A stretch of DNA of 64,000 nucleotides from an uncultured Actinomycetota bacterium. Lineage in GTDB: Bacteria > Actinomycetota > Actinomycetes > JAHEKZ01. The position numbers were made by a program, and so were the translations under genes. The DNA is taken from the NCBI GenBank assembly GCA_963829525.1, contig CAWHIJ010000003.1, positions 1,312,001 through 1,376,000 on the forward strand, given 5' to 3'. The notes beneath the pieces are model-generated. The model saw only the letters and a program-made list of their open reading frames with translations. It was not told the origin of the DNA and searched no databases. How positions within the stretch are numbered: the first letter of the stretch is position 1; every line of letters begins with the position of its first letter. Of the stretch, positions 47,766 to 59,100 are shown one piece after another.

Positions 47766-48923
47766 GTGACAGACGCAGCCCGCACCGGTGGGGAAACCGG
47801 AGCCGTCGAGCTCATCGACGTCGTCAAGATGTTCGGCGACTTCACCGCTGTGGACTCGATCAACCTGCAGGTGCAGCCTGGCGAGTTCATATCGCTACTG
47901 GGGCCCAGCGGCTGCGGCAAGACCACCACGTTACGTATGCTCGCGGGGTTCGAGGAGCCGACGTCGGGTGAGCTGCGCATCTCGGGTCAGCCCATCGCAG
48001 GTACCCCGCCACACAAGCGCGACGTCAACACGGTCTTCCAAGCGTATGCGCTCTTCCCTCACATGACGGTGGCGGAAAATGTCGCTTACGGACTGCGCCA
48101 GAAGGGCGTCGGCAAAGCGGACATGGGGCAGCGAGTGGCCGAGGCGCTCGACATGGTCAAGATGCGGCCCCTCGCGGAGCGCAAGCCCAAGCAGCTATCG
48201 GGTGGACAGCAGCAGCGCGTTGCCCTCGCCCGCGCTCTGGTCAACCGGCCGAGCCTGTTGCTGCTTGACGAGCCCCTTGGAGCACTCGACCGCAAACTTC
48301 GCGAAGAGATGCAGATCGAGTTGAAGCTGCTGCAGTCGCAGCTCGGGATCACCTTCATCTTCGTCACTCACGACCAAGAGGAAGCGCTGTCCATGAGTGA
48401 CCGCATCGCGGTAATGCTGGATGGTCGCGTTGAGCAGCTCGGCGACCCGTACACCATCTACGAGCACCCGTCGTCTGCATTCGTGGCCGGCTTCATCGGC
48501 CAGCAGAACTTCTTTCACGGTAAGGCAGCTGAAGGCGGCAGGGCGGTGGTCACCGAAGGATGTACGTTGAGGTCTACTCGCGAGACCACGGGCCTTTCGG
48601 CTGGAAGTGATGCGCTCGCAGCAGTTCGACCGGAGGCCATCACGGTTGGCGAGGTCGACCCCGGCAGCCAGGAAAACGTCCTCCGCGGCGAGCTGGCGGG
48701 CATTTCGCACCTCGGTGACGTGATCCAGTACGTCGTCCGTGCTGGCCAGGGCCGCGAAGTTCTGTCTCGCGTCCCACGGACCAAGGCACCTCGCCTCGAG
48801 ACTGGGCAAACGGTCTGGTGTTCATGGGACGCCGACCACACGTACCTCTTCACCGCCGAGCAGGCTGATCTCGTTATGGCCGATCCGGCGTCCGACAAGG
48901 CAGAAGTGCTAGCCGGCAACTGA
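47766..48923 (+). CDS. potA: polyamine ABC transporter ATP-binding protein (PotA-like)
   Basis: [22 protein letters not shown]; TOBE C-terminus. Confidence 0.88.
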   Translation: MTDAARTGGETGAVELIDVVKMFGDFTAVDSINLQVQPGEFISLLGPSGCGKTTTLRMLAGFEEPTSGELRISGQPIAGTPPHKRDVNTVFQAYALFPHMTVAENVAYGLRQKGVGKADMGQRVAEALDMVKMRPLAERKPKQLSGGQQQRVALARALVNRPSLLLLDEPLGALDRKLREEMQIELKLLQSQLGITFIFVTHDQEEALSMSDRIAVMLDGRVEQLGDPYTIYEHPSSAFVAGFIGQQNFFHGKAAEGGRAVVTEGCTLRSTRETTGLSAGSDALAAVRPEAITVGEVDPGSQENVLRGELAGISHLGDVIQYVVRAGQGREVLSRVPRTKAPRLETGQTVWCSWDADHTYLFTAEQADLVMADPASDKAEVLAGN

Positions 48924-48949
48924 GCCGGAGAAGTGAGAGAAGGAAGATC

Positions 48950-50126
48950 ATGACCGAAACCAACGAACCGATCAGAATCCTTGCTCCCGAGGATGCGGTC
49001 GACCGAATCTCACGGCGGATGTTCATGGCCGGCGCAGCTGGTGCCGCCGCTGCTGGGTCGACCCTGCTCAGCGCCTGCGGTGCGGATGAGTCTGCCGACA
49101 CGAGCGCCGCACCGGCGGGTGAGGTCGAGAGCGAGCTCAACATGTTCACTTGGGGCGACTACAACGCTCCGGAGGTGATCAAGGAGTTCGAGAAGAAGAA
49201 CAGCCTGGACTTCAAGCTCGACTCGTACAACTCCAACGAGCAGCTGATCGCGAAGCTTGACTGCTGCCAGTGGCACCTCGGGCTATGACATCATCGTCCC
49301 CACCGGACCGTTCATACCGGCGCTTGCCGAGAACGAGCTGGTCCAAGAGCTCGACCTGAGCCGGATCACCAATTTCGGCAACTTGGAGCCTGAGTACATC
49401 GACCAGCCCTGGGACCCGGGCAACAAGTACTCGATCTGTAAGGACTGGGGCACCACTGGCTATGCCTACGACACCACGCTGATCGACGTCGAGATGTCGA
49501 CCTGGCAAGACTTCATCGACGTCGCGAAGGACCAGGCGAGCGGCAACATGTCGGTGTTGGACAGCCCCGACAATGCTGTTGGCTTCTGGCTTTGGGCCAA
49601 TGACATCAACTGGATGACGACGGACACTGAAGAACTCAACCAGTGCGAAGACTTCCTGCTCAACGAGATGGCACCCCACGTGAAGGCGTTCGTGTCCTAC
49701 CCCGGCGGTGGAGACATGCAGAACGGCAACTTCGCTCTGGTCCACGCCTGGAACGGCGATGCTCGTCAGGGCATCATCCAGTCCGAGGACAAGGAGCGCT
49801 GGAAGTGGGTGTTTCCGGGCCCACGCACCGAGATCTGGATGGACACCTACGCCATCCCGGTGGGTGCCCCGCACCCCAACGCTGCGTACGAGTGGATCAA
49901 CTACCTGCTCATCCCGGAGGTCTCGCTCAAGGAGCTCGAGTACATCGGGTACAACACCGGTGTTAAGGATATCGAGCCCATGGCAAAGAAAGCCGGTACC
50001 GAGCGCCTCGACATCGTGTTCTTCACCCCAGACCAGGTCGCGACCATGGAGTCCGGCGAGTTGAACGACGCGCAGGAACGCCGCGTCGAGATCTACAACA
50101 AGTTCAAGTCGGCCGCTGGCGGCTGA
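48950..50126 (+). pseudogene. potD: polyamine-binding lipoprotein (PotD-like), Tat signal, split by a +1 frameshift near 49256
   Basis: SRRMFM..LSAC; FTWGDY..YNSNE in one frame continues as GYDIIVPT..WGTTG..WMD in another. Confidence 0.85.
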
Positions 50127-50135
50127 GCGCGCGCG

Positions 50136-51110
50136 ATGGCAATGGATACAGCGGAGGCCGTCGACACCGGGTCGGCGGCTCCTAGCCCTCGGCCCGGTGG
50201 TTCGAAGCGACGGATCCAGGCGCCCAAGTACGCGTTGGCGATCCCGGCGTGGACCTGGTTCATTCTCTTCTTCGCGCTGCCCGTTGGGCTCGTCCTGCTC
50301 TACAGCTTGGGCGAACAGGTCAGCGCGTTCGTCCAGAAACCGAACATCAGCCCCAGCGTCTGGTCGTTCGACAACTTCGACAAGGCGATCGACCCCGCCT
50401 ACATGCCGATCTTCTGGCGCACGCTGAAAATCGCGACGATCGGGACGTTCATCTGTCTCATCATCTCGCTGCCGTTCGCGTACTGGATGGCTACCAAGGC
50501 GAGTCCACGGTGGCGCGGCGTGCTGCTCGGCCTGGTGCTCGTGCCGTTCTGGACGAATTTCCTGGTGCGGACCATCGGGTGGCAGATCATCCTGGCGCCG
50601 AACGGACTGGTGTCCGGATGGCTCCAAGACCTAGGACTTCGTGACGCCCCATTGGCGCTGCTGTACACCCAAAGTGGTGTGCAGCTTGGCGTGGTCTACA
50701 ACTATTTGCCGTTGATGATCCTCCCGCTCTATGTGGCCTTCGAGCGGATCGACCCCGCGCTCACCGAGGCGAGCAAGGATCTCGGCGCCAACCGACTCAA
50801 GACTTTCGTCCAGGTGACCATGCCACTGGCTGTTCCCGGCGCGATCGCGGGAATGCTTCTGGTGTTTATCCCGCTCATGGGCGACTACATCACGCCGTCG
50901 ATTCTGGGCGGCAGTGCCGGAAGCATGGCCGGCACGCTTGTGGCTGAGCAGTTCCTCACGACCTTCAACTGGTCAAAGGGAGCGGCGATGGCAGTCATCA
51001 TGATTGGGTTCATCCTGGGCGCTCTCCTCGTCTTCGCCATTCTGGGTCTTCTTCTCAGGACGATCCTGCGAGGCAGGCGACGCGTCAGATTGCCGGAGGC
51101 GTCGGCATGA
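50136..51110 (+). CDS. potB: polyamine ABC permease (PotB-like)
   Basis: PFWTNFLVR; EASKDLGA EAA loop. Confidence 0.88.
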   Translation: MAMDTAEAVDTGSAAPSPRPGGSKRRIQAPKYALAIPAWTWFILFFALPVGLVLLYSLGEQVSAFVQKPNISPSVWSFDNFDKAIDPAYMPIFWRTLKIATIGTFICLIISLPFAYWMATKASPRWRGVLLGLVLVPFWTNFLVRTIGWQIILAPNGLVSGWLQDLGLRDAPLALLYTQSGVQLGVVYNYLPLMILPLYVAFERIDPALTEASKDLGANRLKTFVQVTMPLAVPGAIAGMLLVFIPLMGDYITPSILGGSAGSMAGTLVAEQFLTTFNWSKGAAMAVIMIGFILGALLVFAILGLLLRTILRGRRRVRLPEASA

Positions 51111-51985
51111 GCACTGCGACGACTACTCCGGTCGTGCATCGGAAGAAGGTCGACTGGACCAAGCAGGCGCTCAGGGCCTGGGCGGTGCTGATGTACCTCT
51201 TTCTCTTCCTTCCAATTCTCTGGATCGTGGCGTTCTCGTTCAATACCGGCCGTCTCCTGACGGTGTGGAACGGTTTTGGTTTTGAGGGCTATCAAGCCCT
51301 GTTTAACAATCCGGCGCCGCGTGAAGCCGTGGTTGTCTCGCTGATCGTGGGTGTGCTGTCGGCGATCATCGCGACCGTCCTCGGGTCGTTGGCCGGTGTG
51401 GCACTTGCACGCCGTCCAGGCAAGTGGACAATCTTCTTTCTTGTGTTCGTGGCGCTGATCCTGGTCACTCCCGAGATCGTCGACGCCATCGCTTTGCTTC
51501 CCTGGTACGTCCAGCTGGGTCAGGGCTGGAACCTCACCATCTTCAACAACGGCTATGTCCGTCTGATCGTGAGCCACGCGATATTCAGCACTGCCGTGGT
51601 GACTCTGATCGTGCGTGCGCGCTTGTCGGGGATTGACGAAGCGTTGGAGGAAGCCGCCTCCGACCTCTACGCGACGCCGACCAAACGATTCACGCAGATC
51701 ACCTTCCCGTTGATGCTGCCGGCGGTACTCGCCGGTGGGCTGCTGGCGTTCACATTGAGCCTTGACAACACGGTGATCTCGTCATTTGTCTCGATCCAGG
51801 GAACCACGCCGTGGCCGGTCTACGTCTTCGCCTCCGTGAAGACCTCACTGCGGCCAGACATCGCGTCCATCTCGACTCTGATGTTCATTTTGACAGTCCT
51901 GGCCATCAGCCTCGTGGCGGTGGTGCTGAAACGCGGTGGCGACTCGTCGGGGGACATTGCGGCCACCATGACCGGGACCGGCTGA
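51107..51985 (+). CDS. potC: polyamine ABC permease (PotC-like)
   Basis: EEAASDLYA EAA loop; FTLSLD. Confidence 0.88.
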   Translation: MSTATTTPVVHRKKVDWTKQALRAWAVLMYLFLFLPILWIVAFSFNTGRLLTVWNGFGFEGYQALFNNPAPREAVVVSLIVGVLSAIIATVLGSLAGVALARRPGKWTIFFLVFVALILVTPEIVDAIALLPWYVQLGQGWNLTIFNNGYVRLIVSHAIFSTAVVTLIVRARLSGIDEALEEAASDLYATPTKRFTQITFPLMLPAVLAGGLLAFTLSLDNTVISSFVSIQGTTPWPVYVFASVKTSLRPDIASISTLMFILTVLAISLVAVVLKRGGDSSGDIAATMTGTG

Positions 51986-51998
51986 GTCGCTCCAGATC

Positions 51999-52022
51999 GT
52001 TTCCACTGTCAACCGATGGGTA
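51999..52022 (+). promoter_or_regulatory. SigF/SigB-type promoter
   Basis: GTTT-N15-GGGTA, 10 nt before ATG 52033. Confidence 0.6.
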
Positions 52023-52032
52023 TGACACTCAC

Positions 52033-52533
52033 ATGCCGGACGACGCAGGCTCGAAGGAATCCCTGAAGGAAAAGGCTGACCGACAGTACGAAGAGCTGCT
52101 TCAGGAGCTTCGTGTCGCCCAAGCCGGAGTGCAGATCCTCTTCGCTTTCTTGCTCGTACTGCCGTTCCAGAGCGGGTTCACCCGGCTTCCCGGCGACCTG
52201 AAATCGCTCTATGCGGTGTCACTGTTGGCGTCCCTCGTGGCCGCCGCCTTGCTGATCGGCCCTGTGGCGCTGCATCGCATCCTGTCCGGGGAGCAGATGA
52301 AGGACACCATTGTCGACAGGGCTCATCGGATGGCTCTCGGAGGCCTGGGCTTTCTGGCTGTGTCCATGAGCGGAGCGGTCGCCCTGGCTCTCTCCGTCAG
52401 TGCTGGGCGCCTTCCGGGCCTGGCCGTGGGGCTCATCGCGCTGGGGCTTTTCGCATCGCTGTGGTTCCTCTGGCCTTTGGCCACACGCCGCCGTCCAGAC
52501 GTCGCTACAGGAAGTAGAGCCGGCTCAAGCTGA
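52033..52533 (+). CDS. DUF6328-like membrane protein
   Basis: ELLQELRVAQAGVQILFAFLL; PVALHR. Confidence 0.85.
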   Translation: MPDDAGSKESLKEKADRQYEELLQELRVAQAGVQILFAFLLVLPFQSGFTRLPGDLKSLYAVSLLASLVAAALLIGPVALHRILSGEQMKDTIVDRAHRMALGGLGFLAVSMSGAVALALSVSAGRLPGLAVGLIALGLFASLWFLWPLATRRRPDVATGSRAGSS

Positions 52534-54182
52534 CCGACTCGACTGGTTCAGTCTCCAGCGCCACTCCGTCAAAGGTCACCCGCTCGCCGCGGACATCGAC
52601 CTGGGTCTGCCCGATGGTGTCGTTGCCGATCATCTCGGCCAGCCCGATACCTGCGACAATTGCGGACCGGAAGCGCCCTGCGCCGGAGGCCCAAGCCGTC
52701 CACATCGCACCCTTGGCTGACGAAGGCAAGCGACAGGTCGGCGGCGGTGGCGCCGTGACCACCGAACTGGGGGCCAAAGAGCAGAGGCTCTGCACGGTCA
52801 ACGGTGGCGTTGGGGTCGCCGGTGAGCCCCCAGGCCGGAAAGCCCGCCTTCAGCACGAGGTTCGGCTTGGCCCCGAAGTACGCAGGCTCCCACAGGACGA
52901 TGTCAGCCAGCTTGCCGATCTCAAGAGACCCGAGCTCGTGTGAGAAACCATGGGCGATCGCCGGGTTGATAGTGAGTTTCGCCAGGTAGCGCAGCACGCG
53001 GGCGTTGTCGGCATGTGTGCCGTCGGTGCCCTCCAAAGGCCCCCTGGCCCGCTTGTTCTGGGCGGCCATGGCGAAGGTGCGCTTAACGGTCTCGCCGGCG
53101 CGTCCCATGCCCTGGGCGTCCGATGAAGTGATCGGGATGACGCCGAGGTCGTGCAACACGTTCTCGGCGGCCATGGTTGCCCCGCGGATACGGTCCGATG
53201 CCATCTGCATGTCGCCGGGGAGGTCGGGCTTGAGTCCATGGCTGGCGATGATCATGTCGAGGTGCTCGTGGATGGCGTCCCGACCATAGGGGAGCGTGGG
53301 ATTGGTCGAAGAGCCAATCACGTTCGCAACTCCGGCCAGCTGCAGAACGTTGGGGACGTGACCCCCGCCGCACCCTTCGACATGGAAGGCGTGGATCGTG
53401 CGACCGTCGAGAACGCTGAGAGTGTCGGCAACCGAAAGGCTCTCGTTGAGGCCGTCGGTGTGCAACGCCACTTGGACGTCGTACTCCTCGGCCACACGAA
53501 GCGCGGTGTCGAGCGCTCGAGCGTGGGCACCGGTGTCTTCATGCACCTTGAAGCCGCACACCCCGCCCCGCTCCAGTGCCTCGCGCAGCGGTGCATCGCC
53601 GGAGGATGAGCCCCGGCCGAGGAATCCGATGTTGACCGGCCACTCGTCAAACGCGGCGAATGCCTTGCGTAGCCCCCAGGGGGAGTTGACGCCTACACCC
53701 CAGACCGGGCCGAACTCTTGGCCGAGAATCGTGGTGACGCCGGACGAGAGTGCAGCCTCCATGATCCTCGGTGACATCAGGTGCACATGGGTATCGATCG
53801 CTCCCGGTGTGGCGATCATCCCCTCACCACTTATGACCGCGGTGCTGTTCCCCACGACGACTTCGACACCGTCGAGGGTGTGCGGGTTGCCGGCCCGGCC
53901 GATGCCGCTGATCCGCCCCTCGCGGATGCCGATCGACACCTTTCGGATCCCAAGCACCGGATCGAGCATCAGCACGTTGGAGACGACGACGTCGCAGGAT
54001 TCAGCGGTCGTGACAGCCTGCAGGTGGATACCGTCGCGGGCGGTCTTGCCGAAACCCATCAAGAACTCGTCACCGTGCTGCTGGGAGTCGCTCTCCACCT
54101 CCACGATCAGTCCAGTGTCGCCAAGCTGAACCCTGTCACCGGCGGTCGCGCCGTAGACCGCGATGTAGTCGTCGGACTTCAT
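52505..54182 (-). CDS. ureC: urease alpha subunit-like protein (divergent type), +1 frameshift at about 52652
   Basis: DTHVH, FKVHED, LHTD, FHVEG, SDAQGMGR; C-terminus SLSRLYFL in the shifted frame. Confidence 0.88.
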
Positions 54183-54895
54183 GGCGTCGCCCCATCCTGT
54201 GATCCGTCGGCGGGGCCCGTATCGAGGTACCCAGTGGCACGTGCCTTCGCCAGGGCAGCGCGCTTGGCGCCAGGGGCGTCCAGAGGGCCGTCTACGAGTC
54301 CGGCGAAACCGATCACCACGCGCTCACCTCCGATCGGCGCTAGTCCAACGGTGACACTGGCTTGTGGGTCGAACCGGATGGCTTCACCCGCGTCGATGGC
54401 CAGCCGCATGCCGTAGGCGGCACTGCGATCGAACTCAAGGCGCGGATTGACCTCAAAGAAGTGAAAGTGCGAAGTGACGCTGATGGGGACGCCCGAGGTG
54501 TTGCGCACCGCTAGTTCGAGTGATGCCGGTGTTGCCGCGTCGACGTTCTCGTTGGCCGGATGCACCGAACCTGGAGTGGAGTCACCGTGAGCGGGACCGA
54601 GGGGGTCGGGAACGACCACCAGCCGGCTGCCGTCGTCGAAGACGGCCTCGACCCAGACCTCGGGCACCAGGGCAGCCACCCCGGGCAGGACGTCGTCTGG
54701 CTCGAGGACGTTGCAGGCGGCATCAACGGCGTCCCGCAGCCGGTTTCCGTCGCGAGCTGCCTCGATCACGGTGTCGGCGATGATTGCGGTGGCCTCGGGG
54801 GCGTTGAGTTGCAGGCCTCTGGCCTTTCGGGCACGGGCGAGCTCGGCGGTTGTGAAGATCAACAGGCGGTCTCGCTCGGTTGGGGTGAGGCGCAT
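54179..54895 (-). CDS. ureAB: fused urease gamma/beta subunit
   Basis: MRLTPTERDRLL..LNAPE..VEAVFDDG fused to VTSHFHFFEVN..AYGMRL..IRF. Confidence 0.9.
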   Translation of the reverse strand: MRLTPTERDRLLIFTTAELARARKARGLQLNAPEATAIIADTVIEAARDGNRLRDAVDAACNVLEPDDVLPGVAALVPEVWVEAVFDDGSRLVVVPDPLGPAHGDSTPGSVHPANENVDAATPASLELAVRNTSGVPISVTSHFHFFEVNPRLEFDRSAAYGMRLAIDAGEAIRFDPQASVTVGLAPIGGERVVIGFAGLVDGPLDAPGAKRAALAKARATGYLDTGPADGSQDGATP

Positions 54896-54961
54896 ACCCT
54901 CGATCCAACACCTTTGGGGTAACTTTCACGGGCCAAAGGTGTGCCAGAGATCCGATTTTCC

Positions 54962-55035
54962 GGGGCGGTAGCTCAGCCGGTCAGAGCAGCGGACTCATAA
55001 TCCGTCGGTCGTGGGTTCGAGCCCCACCCGCCCCA
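54962..55035 (+). tRNA. tRNA with CAT anticodon (probably tRNA-Ile2)
   Basis: Cloverleaf: GGGGCGG/CCGCCCC acceptor, GCGGA-CTCATAA-TCCGT arm; no initiator features. Confidence 0.92.
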
Positions 55036-55407
55036 CTACTTCTGTGTGTTACTCCGGTTGACCAGGCCTTGGATGTCCCATGCTCGTCCATGTACCACAG
55101 AGACGGGCTGGTGCGAGGGAATTGCCAGGTATCCGAAGAGGCGAGTGCGCAGCGTTGCACGCCACTGTGTGAGGCTCGTACCCGTCGCGGTGGGGGAGCG
55201 GCCGGTCGTGATCGTTGTGTCGGTAGCGCGAATCCCAGACGTCGGCAGAATCTCAAGAGGGGACTGAGCGCCGACTCCCACGCCGGGTGTCACCCCCGGG
55301 TCGACATCGCATAGCTCCAGACAACCACCAAGCCGACACCGAATCCGGGGAGAAAGCCTCTTGGTGGCTCCCCAACGCACATTCAGGATGAGGTGGGGAG
55401 GTTTGTC

Positions 55408-55800
55408 ATGTATCGGCAAGTAGTGGCGAAACCCGACACTCATCCGTCCCGTCGCTCAAGGCGGCAACGTTGGGGAACCGTGGGCAGGAGTATGGCCTTC
55501 TTCGGTCTGTTCTGGCTGGCGTGCGTGCTTGGGTCTTGCCTAGCCATGGGCCAGCTGACGCAATCGATTGGCGGGCCGCCGTACCCCTCGACACTGTCCG
55601 TTATCTCAACCTGGACTGTGGCGTTCGGCTGCCTTCTTGCGGCTGTCGTCTTACCGTGGTTCGGGATCGCGACCGCTATCTGGGCGCGGAGGACCGGTGC
55701 CGGTGCCAGTTCGCTCATTGCACTCGCATTCAACGCGCTCGCAGCCCTTCTCGTCGTGTTGGTGCTGGGGCTCTCACTCGCCTGGTGGGCCAGCTCTTGA
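55408..55800 (+). CDS. hypothetical membrane protein
   Basis: GGGGAGG RBS; three hydrophobic segments. Confidence 0.55.
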   Translation: MYRQVVAKPDTHPSRRSRRQRWGTVGRSMAFFGLFWLACVLGSCLAMGQLTQSIGGPPYPSTLSVISTWTVAFGCLLAAVVLPWFGIATAIWARRTGAGASSLIALAFNALAALLVVLVLGLSLAWWASS

Positions 55801-56161
55801 GGGTTGGCTTCTCGGAGGCCTTGAGCTTCCATCACCGAGTTGAGCGCAGTGCTGGCCTCGCGGTCCGGGGAGCGTCCGAACCGATAGCGGCGCGTGGTCA
55901 GGCCTTCGTTGACATCTCGACCGGCGAGGCGAAGGGAAAGCAGATCATCGCCACGCTCCAGCGGACGATCGAAAGCACGTACGCGATGCGAATCTGGTCT
56001 GCGCCTCACTTCTAGCTGACGCACCCGTCCTTGAATGCCAGTTCCTCCGTGTTTCACAGTGGCTCGCCTCCCAGCCGGTGCGATGGGTAGCTGATCCCGC
56101 AATGAGGGGTCCACCTGGTCGAGGGTTGCGCCGCGTTCTCACAGCCGACAACACTGGCTTC

Positions 56162-59100
56162 GTGCGGGTGTGCTCAAGTTGCAGCGAGTCGAACCTCGAC
56201 CGTGCGCGATTCTGTCTCGCATGCGGTTCACCACTGAAGGATGGGGTCACAGATCGCCGTCCCGTGACCGCTCTGTTCTGTGATCTCGTCGCTTCCACTG
56301 AGCTGGGCGAACGCCTGGACGCCGAGGTGCTGCGTCGGGTTCTCGACCGCTACCACGAAGTGATGCGCGAAGGGATTGAGCGGCACGGCGGAGTGGTCGA
56401 GAAGTTCATCGGTGACGCCGTTGTCGGTGTATTCGGAGTCCCCGAGGTCCACGAGGACGATGCGCTCCGTGCGGTACGTGCCGCACTCGAGATGCGCGAC
56501 TCCCTGCCCAGCCTCGGCGATGAACTCGATCTCGATCTCAGAATCCGCATTGGTATCCAAACCGGCGAAGCTGTCACCGATGTCGCATCCGCGATCCGGG
56601 GCGGAACCGGCGGGGACACATTCAACACCGCTGCTCGCCTACAGACACTGGCTCCGGCCGGGGGTGTGGTCGTGGGAGATGCGACCGGAGACCTGGTGGG
56701 TCGACTAGTGAAGCTAGAGCCGCTGGAACCCTTGTCATTGAAGGGGAAGAAGGCACCGATGGTGGCCTGGCTCGTCATGGGCTTGTCGATGAAACAGAGG
56801 GCGGCGGACACGCCGATCGTCGGTCGGCGACGGGAACTCGCACTGCTCGACGCCGCCTTCGAGGAGGCCAAGTCGGCACGCGCACCGGTGCTCGTCACGC
56901 TTCTCGCTCCGCCCGGCGTAGGTAAGTCGCGTCTGGGCGAAGAGGTCAAGGAATCGCTTGCCGAACGGGCTAGGGTCCTCGTCGCACAGACCCCGTCCTA
57001 CGGCGACGGCATCACGTTCGCGCCGCTTGTGGACCTGCTTGCCGATGCGGCCGGTGCCTCTATTGACGAGCCGGCCGTGATCGCTGCACGGCTCCGGCAA
57101 AGATTGACGATGGAATCGGATGGTGCCGCTGTCGGAGACCGACTTGCACACGTACTCGGGGTCGAAGGTACTGCGTCAGGCGACACCAGTTGGGCGCTCG
57201 GACGGCTACTTGAGTCGCTTGCGCGTGAGGGTCCGATCGTCGCAATCCTCGACGACGTCCATTGGGCGGAGCCGCCCATGCTCGATCTGGTGGAGGCTGT
57301 CACTGAACGAACACACGCACCGCTTCTCTTACTGTGCCTTGCTCGCCCAGAGATTCTGGAAACTCGGCCAACCTGGGGTGGTGGCCGGCACCGCGTCATC
57401 ACCATGACCTTGTCGCCGCTGTCGGAAGACGAGTCGCGCACGCTCGCCCGCCGCCTTCTCGGTGCTGACGCCCCCGACGAGCTTGTCGATGCCGTGATCG
57501 ATCGCGGTGAGGGGAACCCACTCTTCCTCGAACAGGTGGTCGCAAAGCTGTCAGATGAGGGTCTCGTCTCGGCCGGTGGCTGGACCGGCGGATCCGGGGC
57601 CGACCTAGAGGTGCCTCCCACGATCCATGCGCTCCTTGCTTCCCGGCTCGATCGGCTCGACGACTCAACGCGCTCCATGCTGGCGATTGCGGCCGTTGAC
57701 GGACGGCGGTTTTCTGTGCCGACCGTTGCGTTCCTCGCAGATCGAACCGAGGCCGACGTCCGGGCGAAGCTCGAGCTGCTGGAGCCGCGGGGGTTCGTCG
57801 AACAAGAGGACGGGTCGAGTCAGCGGTGGCGGTTCGCTCACGCGCTCATCCGCGACGCTGCATACCAGCGCATGCCCAAGGAGCGGCGGGCCGAGCTGCA
57901 CGAGGAATTGGCCACTCGCCTGGCGTCCAGCGCCGCTGACGACGAAGCGATTGCTCGACATCTTCAGCAAGCGATTACCTTCCGGCGGGAGGTGCGTCTC
58001 GACGAGGAGCACACGGCCGAGTTGGCACGGGCTGCCGGTGAGCGATTTGCCGCCGCGGGTGAAAGCGCCTACAACCGATCGGATCTTGCCAGTGCCGCAC
58101 CGCTGCTCGAGCGTGCAGTCACCTTCTTGCCGGAGGATGCCGCCGAGCGGTTCCGGATTCTTCCTCGCCTTGGTGCGGCGTTGATGGAGATCGGACGTGC
58201 TCACGATGCCGAGACCTTGCTTGCCGACGCAATCGGCGTTGCGCGACAACGAGGCTCAGAGCTAGACGCGCTACGAGCAGAAGTGCAGCTTGTGGTGGCG
58301 AGAGGTGTCTATCGGGCCACCACAGCCGTCGAGATAGAGACGCAGATGACCCGGCTTGAGTTACTGCGCACACCGTTGCACCAGCACGGTCACCGCGGGG
58401 CACTGGCAGAGTTCTGGATGGCGCTTGACTACCTCGAGTTCATGCGCGGAAACCCCGCGGCGATGTTCAAGGCAAACCTGCAAGCCATGGAGGACGCGGC
58501 CGCTGCCGGATGGCCGCGCGAGGAAATGCAGGCGGCCAGCGACATCATCGCAGCGGCTGTCCTGGGTCCGATGACTTTCGACGAGATTCGTGCCTTCGGC
58601 AATGAGCTGACGACAAGTAACGATCCGATCCGGGTATCGACGGGCCTGGCGGCCATCCTTGCGGCGGACGTGGCGCAGGGTGTCGACCCCGAGGCGACCG
58701 AACACGCCTGGCAGGAGTTCACGAGCGGCCATGGGCTGGTGTGGCTTGAGGGGGCGCACAGCGCGCACATAGCCGCGCTTGAGCTGGCGTCAGGTGCGTT
58801 GGATCGCGCTGAGCGGCGCATCTTGCGCGCCAGGCAGACGGCCGTGGCGATGGGGGACATATGGTACGTCAACATCATGGAGGCGATCCTTGCTTTTGCG
58901 CTCGACGGGCAAGGGCGCACGCACGAGTTCTTGCGGATCGCGGATCGCTACGAGTCACACATGTCAGTGTTCGATCTCGAGGCGCGCGTCCACAGACACC
59001 GGCTACGGTCGCTGGCCTTCTCGCGCCGCGGGGCTCTTGACGATGCGGAGGCTTCGGCTCGAGAGGCGTTGAAGCTTGTCGAGCCGTCCGGCCTGGTGTC

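Noticed and set aside
49250-49265. Programmed frameshift in potD
   Set aside because: No slippery heptamer or stimulatory structure; an error or mutation is simpler
49212-50627. 471-aa antisense ORF and similar long overlapping ORFs (11140-12261, 61899-63095)
   Set aside because: Typical high-GC shadow frames opposite well-supported genes
55801-56015. Short open frame ending ...MRIWSAPHF
   Set aside because: No convincing start or recognisable motif; may be a gene remnant
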